Positions 17,606 to 43,425 of a stretch of 64,000 bases of DNA are shown here, in pieces. Numbering within the stretch: position 1 is the first letter of the stretch; each line of letters opens with the position of its first letter. The translations under genes and the position numbers were made by a program. The stretch spans positions 1 to 64,000 of the forward strand of contig NIVC01000974.1 in assembly GCA_002269645.1 (NCBI GenBank). Direction: 5' to 3'. The notes under the pieces are model-generated. The model made no database searches. It was not told the DNA's origin and was given only the letters and a program-made list of their open reading frames with translations. This DNA is from Macrostomum lignano. Its lineage: Eukaryota.

Positions 17606-18257
17606 AACGACACAACAAAAATAGACTCTCAACCATGAGGGGTCGATCTTACCAAGTTGCGCGATGTCCCCTTCGTTCCAAACAGTCTCTCCAGTGTTTC
17701 CCAACTGACGGAGCTGCATCAGTGACAGCTCAAATACGAATTATACGAATTCACATTGGGTGAAGTTTTGTCATGGTAACATTTTCTATACACTAATTTC
17801 ACTCTCAGTTGCTACGGGTTACTACGCTCGTAAAGTAGGGAACAATGGTAGACCATAAATTAGATTAAGCACGGACGTGCCAAGTACCAATCGCCAACAG
17901 CCTTTGATGATGCTTAACCAGCCTGGTTTGCTCTGTGAAAGGATAATTTCATTAATTACTATTGTCTTGCTGGGCAGAAAAGTTTCAGGTGCAGGAAATC
18001 TCAATTATGAAAGAGTGTCCCTTTCGCATTGTCCATTGACCAATCTTGTCACGCAATTCCTAATTAAGAGTCGTGTACTCTAATGAAGGTTCAGAGCGCG
18101 GCTGCGACACTTCAGGACTGGTAGTACCGCAGACTGAGGCATTGCCTGACCGACAGTCAGAAGGTGGTCAAGAACAATAAGTTGCTGGGCCGGCAAATTT
18201 ATGTTCCAATGGCCTTAAATTACTTCAAGTATTTGTTTTCTTTGTTTCAATTCGGTT

Positions 18258-18712
18258 CCTAGCTCTTCCCTGCCCCTTGCTCTTCCCTGTCCCTTGCTCT
18301 TCCCTGTCCCTTGCTCTTCCCTGCCCCTTGCTCTTCCCTGCCCCTTGCTCTTCCCTGCCCCTTGCTCTTCCCTGCCCCTTGCTCTTCCCTGTCCCTTGCT
18401 CTTCCCTGTCCCTTGCTCTTCCCTGTCCCTTGCTCTTCCCTGCCCCTTGCTCTTCCCTGTCCCTTGCTCTTCCCTGCCCCTTGCTCTTCCCTGCCCCTTG
18501 CTCTTCCCTGCCCCTTGCTCTTCCCTGCCCCTTGCTCTTCCCTGCCCCTTACTCTTCCCTGTCCCTTGCTCTTCCCTGTCCCTTGCTCTTCCCTGTCCCT
18601 TGCTCTTCCCTGCCCCTTGCTCTTCCCTGCCCCTTGCTCTTCCCTGCCCCTTGCTCTTCCCTGTCCCTTGCTCTTCCCTGTCCCTTGCTCTTCCCTGCCC
18701 CTTGCTCTTCCC
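18258..18712. repeat. 17 bp pyrimidine-rich minisatellite (CTCTTCCCTGYCCCTTG)
   Basis: Direct reading. Confidence 0.97.
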
Positions 18713-19414
18713 TTTGACGCTAGGGGAAGGACTTTACGCTAATAGTATTACTAACAGTAGTCATTTAAGAAAAGTATATAGATGAATTCATGAATTAAAA
18801 ATGTCCAAGAGGATAGTTGAAACAATACTGCGGCCTGCAGTACTGTGGAAAAGTTCTTTTCCAAAGTCTTCCAGCGCTCCCCCCTCTATTGAAAATTGAG
18901 CAGAGTGGCAGCATCGCAGCGATGGCGGGCCGGTGCGCGGGAGACAAAAGCGGAGGACTGCAGGTTGCTACAATTCGCATGCACGCCATCCTGCCGTCTT
19001 CTTTGCTTCTTCTTCTTCTATGGGCCGTAGCAGGACAATGGCCAATGATGGGGCCGTTGCTGCTGCTGCTGCTGCTGTGGTTCTTGCAGATGCTTAGGGA
19101 GAAAGAAGGGAGGATTAACTCCCCCTGCCGTCGTCAGGTTCCCTCATTTAGAAATTGCTAATATTGTTTAAAAGCCGCACCATTGTTCGGGAGTAGCTTC
19201 AGAGTCCTACACAGAAACAGCTGTAGCGCCTCACTCAGCTTGGGTAAGTCAGTGTTTGGCACTTTCAAATCGTTTGGGCTATTCATTGGAATTCAAGTAT
19301 TAAAAATTTCTGCAGTATTTTGTTTTGCAAATCGGTTTTGTGCTCGACGCTTTGTTGGATGCAATGAACTAAGAATAACAAAATCACTGGAAAATGCAAT
19401 AAAAACTCAAACTG

Positions 19415-19655
19415 CAGTAGCAGCGCAACAACACATTGACCAAGTGCAGTAGCAACGCAACAAGCACATTGACCAAGTGCAGTAGCAACGCAACAACACA
19501 TTGACCAAGTGCAGTAGCAACGCAACAACACATTGACCAAGTGCAGTAGCAACGCAACAACACATTGACCAAGTGCAGTAGCAACGCAACAACACATTGA
19601 CCAAGTGCAGTAGCAACGCAACAACACATTGACCAAATGCAGTAGCAACGCAACA
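19415..19655. repeat. 32 bp minisatellite (GCAGTAGCAACGCAACAACACATTGACCAAGT)
   Basis: About 7 copies, direct reading. Confidence 0.95.
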
Positions 19656-19743
19656 GCTCATTGACAAAAGAACAGCAAATGAGCAAAATTGCAAAATCAA
19701 CATTGCTTCACCACTCGCTCTTCTTGTGCAGCTCCGCCACGAG

Positions 19744-22510
19744 ATGTACTCAAACAGCGGCTTCGAGGCTGACACCTTCGGCGAGTTCGGCGGTAAGACG
19801 TCGGCCGGCTTCGATGTCAGGCGCGACGGTGGCTTCCGCACCACGGCGCTAAACGGCGAATTTGGCGGCTTCGAACCGGCCGGCAAGAAGCCGGAACTGG
19901 AAGTCCAAGAGGAAGACGAAGAGCAGCAGCAGCAGAAGAAGAGCAAGATGAACCGGTGCATGAAGCGCTTCTCTTCCATAATGCTGTCCCACCTGGGCAC
20001 ATTTCTCATTGTGGTGCTCTACACCCTCATGGGCGGCTTCCTGTTCCAATACTTGGAGGTCGAGAACGAGATCTCGGGCTGCCAGACCAAGTCTGAAAAG
20101 TTCATTGCCAAACTGGACGAGTCGGTTGACCAAATCTACAACATAGCGCAGGGCACCAACGCTACTCAAGCCAAGTCAGCCATTCAGGAAGAGTTGAACC
20201 AGTTCGCGCAGGACACGTACACCCTGGGGGTGGATCCGTCTATGAACTGCACTACTCTGAAGACGGGAGAGAGCATGCCTAGCTGGAATGTGGCCAACGC
20301 GGCGTACTTCTGCGTCACCATCATTACCACGATTGGTGAGTGGCAGCCAGTGTCGACGTGGACCTGGGAAGAATCCGAATATGTTAATATGTTTTGTTAA
20401 TACCGTCAGGAGAGTTCTTGTATCAGTTCAGTATGACAGGGGAAGAGCTAAGGGCAGAGCATGAGTGACAGTTCCACAAATAGGATATCGCAAATAGGAG
20501 AGTGGACAGTACGTAAATAGGAGAGTGACAGTACGCAAATAGGAGAGTGACAGCAGTACCGCAAATAGAAGAGTGACAGTACCGCAAATAGGAGAGTGAC
20601 AGTACCGCAAATAGGAGAGGGACAGTACCGCAAAGAGGAGAGTGACAGTACCGCAAATAGAAGAGTGACAGTACCGCAAATAGGAGAGTGACAGTACCGC
20701 AAATAGGAGAGTGACAGTACCGCAAATAGGAGAGTGACAGCAGTATCGCAAATTGGAGACTGACAGTACCGCAAAAAGGAGAGTGACAGTACCGCAAATG
20801 GAAGAGTGACAGTATCGCAAAGAGGAGAGTGACAGTACTGCAAATAGGAGAGTGACAGTATCGCAAAGTAGAGTGGCTAAAATAATATTGAAGCACCAAA
20901 GGATGATGAGAGAGACATAGTTATTAGTGTTAAGAAGGTGCATCAGATAAACAAAGGGATAGCTCAGCACTAAATAGCGCCTTAAATCGCCTGGCTACGG
21001 CTCGTGTGTGTCAAACTGGTTGATCACCAACCCCCCTCCCCCAGGATACGGTCACATCAGTCCGGTCACGCAGTGGGGCCAGATTGTGTGCATGATCTAC
21101 TCAATTCTGGGCATCCCGCTCATGCTGCTGTTCTTGTCAAAGATCGGCGAACCAACCGCAATGCTATTTCGCAGTTTTTATCTCAATATCTTCTGCTGCA
21201 AGTGCTTTGTTAAGAAGCTGCCCAACGAGAACAAGCTGATGGAGGCGATGCAGGAGAACGGCGGCAACGCGCAGACCAGCTGGCAGCAGGTGGAAGAGGG
21301 CGATGGCAAGCGGCCACCGGCAAAGGTGATTGATTTTTTTACTTAGTCACACCGCCAACTCATTTGGAGGGGGGACAGACTCACTCACCGAAGTCCTCAG
21401 GTTTCTCACCTAGAAGGCCTGAAGATTAGAAAGCCAGGGCCAGTCAGTCAAGTACACCTGTGTGTGCCTGAGTACGAACTATGCCCAGGGGTGGGCGACT
21501 GCTAACTATTCACTCAGATGCCGTAGCACTGATAAATTTACACCTTTAAAACTGAATTAAAATCTCAGGTGACCGTCATCGAGGACGATGTTGAAGAGGA
21601 AGAAGAGAACGAAGAAGACGATGTGGTGAACATCCCCATCACGGTGACCATCATACTGCTCATTCTGTACATCCTGATGGGAGCTGCCGTGTTCATGGTG
21701 TGGGAGAAGGAGTGGACTCTGGTTGAGGGCACCTATTTCTCATTCATCACGCTGAGCACTATCGGATTCGGAGACTACGTGCCCGGCCGTGACGGGCCAT
21801 TTAATGATGTAAGCCAATAATGTTGCAAGTCTCACAGGTTTGCCAAGCTGTTTTTTTCATGAACTGCTGCCGGAGACCGACAGGCAAGCAAAGTTGCGGC
21901 AAAGTTTTTTTCTGGACGGATTTGTCTATGGCCAAACCCCACTCAGAGCTGTGCAAAACGGCAAATAATTGCGAAATTGGTCTAGAAAACGCGCTCTGCA
22001 ATATTGGGACATAGCTTTTTTTCAAACTTTTCCGACAAACCTGTGAGTGCACCTTGAACGAAACGCTTACTAGCTTCGAGAGCAGCGTCCTTGGACTTTA
22101 GCTGTCCATGCTGGGTCATCAAGTGCTGTGGTCAGCTAACAGACAAATCCTCCCCCCAACCCTTACAGATACAGGTGATCACAGAGCTCCTGGTTGGCTG
22201 CATCTACTGCCTGTTCGGCTTGGCCATGCTGTCAATGTGCATCAACCTTATCCAGGACGAGATACAGGCCAAGTTCCAGTGGCTCGGCCGCAAGATCGGC
22301 ATGATCAAAAAAGCACAAATTGAGGAAATCGAAGATGAAGACGAAGAGGATGATGAGGAGGACGGCAGCAGCGGCAGCGGCAGCGGCAGTGGCAGCGACA
22401 GCGACAGCGGAGAGGATACCTACGAGGACGCCAAGTCCAGCAAGACTGGATCGACATCAGCGGCGCCAACTTCTGCTCGAAGCAAAGCAGCCAGCAGCAG
22501 CTTTGCCTGA
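19744..22510 (+). CDS. Two-pore-domain potassium channel (K2P/KCNK family; long M2-M3 loop as in TRESK/TWK types), about 484 aa
   Basis: Exons 19744-20335, 21045-21325, 21569-21808 and 22169-22510, with phases 1,0,0. Splicing restores filter 1 TIG|YGH, and filter 2 is TIGFGD. It has four TM segments and a cap Cys. Confidence 0.93.
20470..20870. repeat. 23 bp minisatellite (CGCAAATAGGAGAGTGACAGTAC), K2P intron 1
   Basis: Direct reading. Confidence 0.95.
21833..22110 (+). mobile_element. Dispersed repeat family, copy 1 (K2P intron 3)
   Basis: Shares CAAGCTGTTTTTTCATGAACTGCTGCCGGAGAC...GCAAGCAAAGTT...GATTTGTCTATGGCCAAACCCC with 39187-39458 and, inverted, with 62875-63000. There is a short inverted pair CACAGGTTTG at 21833 and CAAACCTGTG ending at 22045. 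Confidence 0.75.
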
Positions 22511-22611
22511 TGACGGCCAGAGAGAATATTTGACACTGTGGGAAACTGGACGAACTGCAGTACTGACTGGGATGGCTGGGCTGGTTGCATCAGGAGCCAC
22601 TAGAACTAGAT

Positions 22612-22945
22612 TTGTGAGGCTTGTGACGTTTCTAAGGTTTGTGAGGTTTGTGAGGTTTGTGAGGTTTGTGAGGTTTGTGAGGTTTGTGAGGTTTGTGAGG
22701 TTTGTGAGGTTTGTGAGGTTTGTGAGGTTTGTGAGGTTTGTGAGGTTTGTGAGGTTTGTGAGGTTTGTGAGGTTTGTGAGGTTTCTGAGGTTTGTGATGT
22801 TTGTGAGGTTTGTGAGGTTTCTGAGGTTTCTGAGGTTTCTGAGGTTTCTGAGGTTTCTGAGGTTTTTGAGGTTTGTGAGGTTTGTGAGGTTTGTGAGGTT
22901 TGTGAGGCTTGTGAGGTTTGTGAGGTTTGTGAGGTTTGAGGTTTG
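22612..22945. repeat. 9 bp repeat (GAGGTTTGT)n just 3' of the K2P gene
   Basis: Direct reading. Confidence 0.97.
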
Positions 22946-23871
22946 TGACGTTTCAGACATTCGACCGATTCTGTCTGTCTAAGATGAGCTCTGGAGTTTT
23001 ATTAAGGCGTTTCACTGCTTGTCAACCCACCTAGTCCAGTAAAAGCGGTAGTGCTCTTGGTCTGCTGAGACTGTCCTCTGCTTAGGTTTAGAATTCTACC
23101 TAGCTTCGTGTCTGTCTTTACTTACCCGTATACTGCTGTCTCACTGGATTCCCCTTTCTGAGTTTCCTTCTCTACTGATGCAGATCCAATTAGGCTACTC
23201 GACTTACTTATTTAGACTTACTGCACTTGGCACATGGCGCCAGTTACTGTACATGTAGCACCACCTATCGCAAACTCGACTCTTCTGTTGTTAACTGATT
23301 GAAAAAAATTCAACTATTTTTTTATATTTCACTGTCGATTTTACTATTATTACACTGGTAATTCTTTGTCAGTAAGCAAACTTATTCGAACTGACATGGC
23401 TGGCTCGCGGGTCTGTCCTCGCCTTGACTGGACAAACCAACCAAGCTAGCTAATGAAGCAGGGGTTGCATTCGCATGGGCAAAGTTTGTTTCTCTCGGAT
23501 CCCCCCCCTGCTGTCCGGTTGCCAGCAGCAACGCGGCGCACTCACAAGGCTGTCACAACTGCAGACACGCACAGCCTGCCTGCAACCCTCAAAATGCTTC
23601 TGTTGCTGTTGCTGTTGCTGTTGCTGCTTCTGACGCTCGCTTTGCTAAAAAAAGGAAAATCATTAAAACTGCATTGTGAGGCTCTGGCAAAGTAAGAGCT
23701 GTGTTGAAGTGAGTAGAGAGGCAAGCTTAGGGGTTGGGAATGCCTGAGTCTAGAACTTAAAACTGGCTGCAAGCTTCCTGCGTATTGTTCAAGTGAAAAG
23801 TCCCTAAAACGCTTTTGGACTAAAATCATCCAAACATTCCCCCCATCGACTACAGGTTTGCAAGGGCCGAT

Positions 23872-24259
23872 CCAAGGACCACTGTAATATCACAGGACGC
23901 AAAACTCAAATGTCGTTAATTTTTTTAGGAGGCTAGAAAAATACATTTGCGGAGACAGGAAATAATAATTTCTTTCATCACATAATCAATGATTGCATTT
24001 GATCTGGGACAGTGAAGATTACCATTCCTTAATGCTCAAGCCTTGGCTTATGGAAAATAGAAAATTAAGTAATATGAAAACACACATGTGTAGAAAAGTT
24101 GCAACTACATAAAATATAACAGAACAACATTTTGTGCATGCTAAATTTAAAGAATGGTAATATTCACTGCCCCAGATCAAATGCAATCATTGATTTTGTG
24201 ATGAAAAAAAATTGCACGTTCTTTGAGTTTTACATCTGTTATACTACAGTGGTCCTTGG
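23872..24259. mobile_element. About 390 bp MITE with long imperfect inverted arms
   Basis: CCAAGGACCACTGTA...AAAACTCAAA is the inverse of TTTGAGTTTT...TACAGTGGTCCTTGG. An inner 55 bp pair (23973-24027 and 24152-24206) is nearly perfect. No TSD was identified. Confidence 0.8.
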
Positions 24260-25186
24260 GCTGACCATAGACTGTCCGAGTTGCTATCATTAAGGAGCGT
24301 CAAAGATAGTGAGATAGTTGCTTTGTCAAGCCAAGTTGATAAAGTCAATCAAGCTGAGAGTTCCCACATGGCAGCTGCGGAGATGATGGTCTTGCCGATA
24401 AACATAGACGGAATGACGGCAAGCAAGGTGATAATTCGGCCATAGACAATCAGGACAAAAGGGGTGCCACATTTCCTGTCTGCAATGGTCCAGGGAAGTC
24501 TAGAAGTCGAGTCCTGTTTTGCCTCCTATACGATAAGGGCCCTCTTACTTGGACTTAGATTTTCGGCTTGACAATATTTTTAACAACAAAACGTTGCTTC
24601 AATCTACTTAAAGTAGTAAAATCCATTATCGACTTTGAAAATATATTGAAACGGTTGACGATTCAACGGAATATCAACTTTTAAACTACACTTAAAGTTC
24701 AGAGCCCTGTTCAAAGTCCTGGACCCTGTCATCAGGCAGTGTAAGAACTTTATGGATTGCGTGTTTGGCCTTGCAGGACAAGACCAAAGCGATTTCACTA
24801 TCGCCTTCACAAGAAACTCCAGCAGCTATTCACTAGAAATAACTCAAGATCCCCAGTTACTGCACCTGCTCAATCAGAGCCTTTCATCATTGAAATATTT
24901 TTACAGCTCCCTGCTGGATGTAAAGGGACCACCGCAGCCGCCCGCTAGCTAATGAAGTCCATGCATGGCCGGAAGCGCCACCCCCCGAACATTACCTGAT
25001 TACGGTCGGCAGGCAGGCAGTGCCACTGCACGGTACTGGCCATGTGCGGGAATTAGGCAAGCCGGCCCAATGGCTGACGTTTCAAAGCGCCAATGAGAGA
25101 GTCTAGCTTAAACAGACAAAACCTGGGCTTGGTGAGCAATATATTCGAGCACACCAGTGACTAGCTTAGAAATCCAGGCTGTTGCA

Positions 25187-31715
<6,529 letters not shown>

Positions 31716-32099
31716 TGGGGGGCTGGTGGTTTTTAGAGTGGGTTTGCTAGCAAGTCTGTATCGCTCAAAGATCTTTTTATAACCATTGAGCTGGATGGCT
31801 AAAGCAAGTAAATGTTGGTACCTTTGAAAATGCGACTGAGACTTAGACACAAGGGTACTTAAATTTACTTTAAATCGTTTATCTAATAAAAATTTCAAAT
31901 GAGTCATGGAGTGTGAGACTGTTGTTGCTAAAAATATAGCAAACCTATTGCTACTTTACGGCTGCTAAGTGTACTATTTGCCAGATAAATAAACTAGGAT
32001 TCAATGGACTATGAGTCTCAACGTCAGTACTTAGACTGATAGAGTTTGGATGGGTTGGGACTAAAAATTTGCTTGCGGTTGGGGTTGAGCCTGAAGGGT

Positions 32100-32432
32100 T
32101 TTGGGTGCTGGGTGTGAGAGGTGTTGGCCGTGAGGGGCATTGGGCGTAAGGGGTGCTGGATGTGAGGGGTGTTGGGTGTGAGGGGCGTTGGGCGTAAGGA
32201 GTGTTGGATGTGAGGGGTGCTGGATGTGAGGGGTGTTGGGTGTGAGGGGTGTTGGGCGTGAGGGGTGTTGGCCGTGAGGGGTGTTGGGTGTGAGGGGTGT
32301 TGGGCGTGAGGGGTGTTGGCCGTGAGGGGTGTTGGGTGTGAGGGGCGTTGGGCGTGAGGGGTGTTGGGCGTGAGGGGCGTTGGGCGTAAGGGGTGTTGGA
32401 TGCGAGGGGTGTTGGGTGTGAGGGTTGTTGGG
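32100..32432. repeat. 16 bp G-rich minisatellite (TGAGGGGTGTTGGGYG)
   Basis: Direct reading. Confidence 0.93.
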
Positions 32433-32840
32433 TGTATGCAAAGAGTTGATTCAAGCGTACCTTTTGAAAATCTGGAATAAATTGCATGCACATGAAGGAA
32501 TTAGCTGGCAGTGGTAATATCATAATTAGAGATTTAGAGAATAACTCGTTGCTCATGGACTAATTAGCAAGGACTACTCAAGTCTACTCAATTAGTCATT
32601 GCTAATTATGTCAAGTAGGCAAGTGAAAACACATTTGCCTGATGACGACTCAAGCGCTCTACAAGCAAAGTAATTGGCGTACAGATTTTGCTGACAAATT
32701 CCATATCATTAGCATTAGGTAGTCAACCAATATCGCAAATTGAAATTTAATTTCACAAATCCCTACGCTCTACCGATAGTAGAAACCTAAAGATATTATT
32801 TACTGAATTCACTGAGAACTAGCATAGAAAAAGACATGAA

Positions 32841-38645
<5,805 letters not shown>

Positions 38646-39186
38646 GTTTGTTTTTTCAGAATCGGATTTAAATTAAAGACAGGTGCTTCTCTCAGCGTTT
38701 AATTAATAAACAGTTAATATTGTCAGAGGCGAAGGCCATTTTCAACTATTATGACGCTTGTTTTCAGTCTGGTAGATAACGATACGAGCGTATGTCGTGA
38801 CTCGGGACTAATTATAAACCATAAACTATTGTTGTTACTAGTATACATTGCTGAATACATTTTCATTGTTTTCATTGTTCACGTACGAGCGAATTTTCCA
38901 CATATTTATACTTTTAGTAGAGTATCGAATAAAAGTTCCTTATAAAATTATGCATGTAATACTTTTGTAAGACAAAAATCTTTTCTTCCAAAACAAGCTT
39001 GTTTTATACTACTAAACAAGCAATAGCCATGGCGGCGAAATGAGATCGCTGCACTCGCAACTCGTGCAATTTTTTCTGGAATCTTTGATTTTTCCTGTGA
39101 AATGCATTTCAATCTTTTTAGCACTGAATTCACAGTAGTTCCTCTTCTGGAAATGCAGCCAGCAGGTGTTTTGTTGGAGATACAGT

Positions 39187-39458
39187 CACAAGTTTATCAA
39201 GCTGTTTTTTCATGAACTGCTGCCGGAGACCGGCAAGCAAGCAAAGTTGCGGTGAAATTCCAGCTGCTCCTGTCTCTGCAGTGTTTTCTCTCGAAAGGAT
39301 TTGTCTATGGCCAAACCCCAGCCAGCGCTGTGTAAATAGCAACCCACTAAGAAGTCCTCTCAGAAAGCACAAATTCTGAATTTTAAATTCGAAATCGTAG
39401 CGGAACCGTATTTTCACGACCTGTCAGTGTAGAGCCCACGGATTTTAGCTGTTCATGG
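39187..39458 (+). mobile_element. Dispersed repeat family, copy 2
   Basis: Aligns by eye with 21833-22110, including the distal TTTAGCTGTYCATG block. Confidence 0.75.
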
Positions 39459-39628
39459 TAAGAAAAATACACAAGGCAGAAAAAAAAGTAGAAATTTTTT
39501 TAAAGCCAACTGTGCATCACTTTTGCGAATGATTGTGCCGCTCAATGCTAATCAGTTTTTTGCATCGGTTTATTGTTTTTGTTGCCAGGAATATTTGCTT
39601 GGTCAAGGGTTCGGCCGCTGCGAGAGAG

Positions 39629-39760
<132 letters not shown>

Positions 39761-39811
39761 CAGGTCGTTAGTCAGCAAAGTCCGTCAGTCGCGAGCCGGG
39801 ACTCAAGCAGC

Positions 39812-40126
39812 CTATCCGTATCGCATCTGGCTGCCCGAGGCGAAGCCGCCCTTGGCCCGCTCCTGGCTGTGGTATCCGGGATGCTGGAAGGACAGCGACG
39901 AGGCCAGCAGGAAGCCGCGGTAGGGCCGCTCGAAGCGGCGCTGGCGCATCAGGCGGGAGCAGAGGGCGGCCAGCCGGGGGCTCGCTGGCCGGCGGCCGCC
40001 TGGCTGCACTGGCAGGCACATGGCCGCAGCGGCGTTATCGCCAGACGGCGTCGACTCGACAACGGCGGCAGCGGCAGCGGCGGCGGCGGCGCACAGCAAC
40101 AGCATAGCAACTAGCAGAGACTGCAT
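39812..40126 (-). CDS. Candidate neuropeptide precursor (104 aa) ending KGGFASGSQMRYG-stop (RYamide-type)
   Basis: ATG in aaaatATG context, hydrophobic and poly-Ala signal-like N-terminus, two RR dibasic sites, and a terminal Gly directly before TAG. Third codon positions are GC-rich as in the genuine exons. AATAAA lies at 39574-39569 on the minus strand. Confidence 0.65.
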   Translation of the reverse strand: MQSLLVAMLLLCAAAAAAAAAVVESTPSGDNAAAAMCLPVQPGGRRPASPRLAALCSRLMRQRRFERPYRGFLLASSLSFQHPGYHSQERAKGGFASGSQMRYG

Positions 40127-40240
40127 ATTTTGTCAGCTTCTCAATGCAACAGGTAAAGGCGCTGTAGAGTTTGGAGTCAGTCAGAGAAGCCGCTGGTCAA
40201 CCTTGGCGTGCCTCCTCCCAGCGGTCCGCTGCGGCTCCGG

Positions 40241-40332
40241 TTTATGTACCGCTGGCCGGTGACTATAGATGGCGCCGGCGCGGGGGCAATCAGGCTACGG
40301 GGGGCGCTGCGAACTCCTCGATCGCTGATTGG
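40241..40332 (-). promoter_or_regulatory. Putative core promoter of the prohormone ORF (TATA-like TACATAAA and a CCAAT box)
   Basis: Minus-strand TACATAAA at 40248-40241 and GGGCCAATCAG around 40332-40328, at plausible spacing. Confidence 0.4.
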
Positions 40333-40699
40333 CCCAGGATAAGTTCCCAAATTTTTCAAACAACAAAAAATTGCCTTAAAAAACGTCACGCGTGCTCCAT
40401 TCTATTCGAGGCTGTCTCTCTCCTTCAATGTAAGTACTGAGTGTGTTGACATCAACGCTGGAAGTCACCTAAGCTGGAATGGTGCTGAATACCAGGTACT
40501 GGGGCATCAGAAATTCAATCCCATTTTGAATACCGAAAATCTTGATTTATTAAGCCTAATTTTGCGTTAGATTGCCAACGCTTTTCGTCTCAACCGATAC
40601 TGAGGCAAGGTGAATGATTGAGAACTAAAGGAAGGTATTTTGCAGCGGATTTTGAGAATTCTGTGCAACAATAAACCGATCAAGGCTACTGGCTGCGAA

Positions 40700-41000
40700 A
40701 GAGGATTATAGTATGCAAATAGTTCGAGTGACAAAACCTAATTCCAGTGCCTTGGTCAGGTGGAAGGAGTCTCTTTGTCCCATCCTGATCTCGAATCCGG
40801 CACATCCAATCAAAACTATTGATCTCGCCACAGATCTCGAGTACCAGCTCAATATGTCATTACTACTCTGAAAGGTCATTTCAAACAACTTTTAGGATTT
40901 TTGTTGCCTCTGGCCTGTTGTGTTTGAAAATCAGTGTTACCGCCTGATGGATGGCTGCGCCATGGGTAGCCCTTTTGCTGCATGACCAACTGAATGAATT
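40700..41000 (+). mobile_element. Decayed Penelope-like reverse transcriptase fragment
   Basis: FENQCYRLMDGCAMGSP matches the Penelope RT motif F.G.YY.Q.DG.AMGSP. It is preceded by PIKTIDL and FKQLL, and followed by a stop. Confidence 0.6.
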
Positions 41001-41037
41001 TGCTTTGTGTCCCAAACTTTTATAAGCGGTAGGTTAA

Positions 41038-41261
41038 CGGCAGTTCCGGTGTGAGTGAGCGAGTGAAGGTGCAGTTCCGGTGTGAGTGAGTGAGGGTGCA
41101 GTTCCGGTGTGAGTGAGTGAGGGTGCAGTTCCGGTGTGAGTGAGTGAGGGTGCAGTTCCGGTGTGAGTGAGTGAGGGTGCAGTTCCGGTGTGAGTGAGTG
41201 AGGGTGCAGTTCCGGTGTGAGTGAGTGAGGGTGCAGTTCCGGTGTGAGTGAGTGAGGGTGC
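41038..41261 (+). repeat. 28 bp minisatellite (GTGCAGTTCCGGTGTGAGTGAGTGAGGG), about 8 copies
   Basis: Direct reading. Confidence 0.95.
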
Positions 41262-41809
41262 TTACAAAAACATTGGATTGGAAGCATTGGATTGATTTGC
41301 TTGTCCAAATCGGCGTGAAAAATGCTATCGAATTGCAGTGCGAGACAAAACAGCTGCTGACCTCAAAGCGGCTCAGTGAAGCACTGAAGACATGCTATTT
41401 TAAAACTGACTCTGCATCGGAAAATCCTTCGCAAGCTGTGGGCCCGGAGAACCCCAGGGGAAACTACTTGACTAGCACCTAGGGGCCCTTCATCCACTGT
41501 TCAGAGACCATTTCTAGTGATAAGAACTGCGAGCGCAATCCAGGCCGACCTAAGACACCTGTACCACCCAGATTGTTCTTCCGAATGAGGTGCTGAACAA
41601 TCAGCTGACTAGCAGCTTGAGGCGCAGATGCGCCAACACGCCAATTAAAGCCGAGTGGGAGCTTAATTGCGAGTGTATTCTCGGTTTTCTTCGAACTGTT
41701 GATGACGCCAAATTGTTGTAATAATTTTAGCAATCATGGGCTGATTGTCCAGGTGTGTTCAAGCTTTAATATTTCTGCAATTTCGTATTGTTTATGCAAT
41801 TTTCTGTAA

Positions 41810-42226
<417 letters not shown>

Positions 42227-42244
42227 TAGTCGCTATTCTTTTCC

Positions 42245-42428
42245 TGAACTGCACCTTCACTCAGTAACACCGGAACTGCACCCTCACTCAGTAACACCGG
42301 AACTGCACCCTCACTCACTCACACCGGAACTGCACCCTCACTCACTCACACCGGAACTGCACCCTCACTCACTCACACCGGAACTGCACCCTCACTCAGT
42401 CACACCGGAACTGCACCCTCACTCACTG
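42245..42428 (-). repeat. The same 28 bp minisatellite in inverted orientation, about 6-7 copies
   Basis: CCCTCACTCACTCACACCGGAACTGCAC is the reverse complement of the 41038-41261 unit. Confidence 0.95.
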
Positions 42429-43295
42429 ACCTGACCTTCACACACATGATGTGAATTCATCTGTTTTGTAAACACGAAAATGTTCTCAATAGACACGCAC
42501 AACTGAGCTAAATGAAGCGTACGGAGTTCACCAGTTGCAAAACGAACTATGGTCATTATCAAAAATGCGACTTCATTTAAGAAATCTCTTTTTTAATCCC
42601 TGGGTAAAAGTTTGCGGGCAAAAATAGACTCACTGATAAAAAGCAGTCTGTTCAAAAAAGTTTTTCATTAGTTTCATGTCATCTCGAGGTCGAAGAGCGC
42701 GCCTAGCTTTGCACTATATTTGAGCTCAGCTGTAATTAGCCCAATTTCACAGCGAAATTGATCAAAAATGTTTCAAAAACGCCGCGGTATCTACTGACAG
42801 AGTACGTAGTAGCTTATGTAGCACGAGACTGGTTCTTTTAATTGAATATCTACAGAATTTATAGAATGATAGTATTAATGACAGTGCGAGCGCATGTGTT
42901 TCGCAATGACAACATTGTCAATAAGGCCAGAATTCCAAAATTTCTCTCAAGGTCCGTGCAGGAGCCAAATTAATGTTTAATCTAAACAAATTAATCTATT
43001 TTGATGTGTCCGGCTGTCTTGTGCAGTGGGTGACTCCAACAATGCTGACAATCGAAAAGAGATTGTAGTCTTGTACTAGAGAGGTTGGTAGTCTTAGTGC
43101 TCTCGGTTCCAATAAACTCACAACATTAGCAACGGCAACAACAGCAGTAGCAACTGTCCGGCCAAGTGGAAGCGGCGCGAGGAGTACGGGCTGCTCAGAC
43201 TGCAGGACCTCAACAGCAGTCTCTCAGTCTCTCAGTCTCTCAGTTGACTGGGGCGAGGGCCCGACAATGACGGATGTAGTCAGCAGTAGGATGTG

Positions 43296-43425
<130 letters not shown>

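Noticed and set aside
21300-21600. TRESK-like calcineurin PxIxIT site in the K2P loop (PAKVTVI)
   Set aside because: The spacing is off by one residue from the consensus.
23592-23695. MLLLLLLL...-type signal peptide exon upstream of the DEG/ENaC gene
   Set aside because: It derives from a (CTGTTG)n repeat. Its donor is phase 2 while the acceptor at 25177 needs phase 0, and DEG/ENaCs have no signal peptide. At most it is a 5' UTR exon.
43125-43245. GC-rich exon-like stretch (NCPAKWKRREEYGLLRLQDL)
   Set aside because: It is short, with no partner exons or recognisable domain found.
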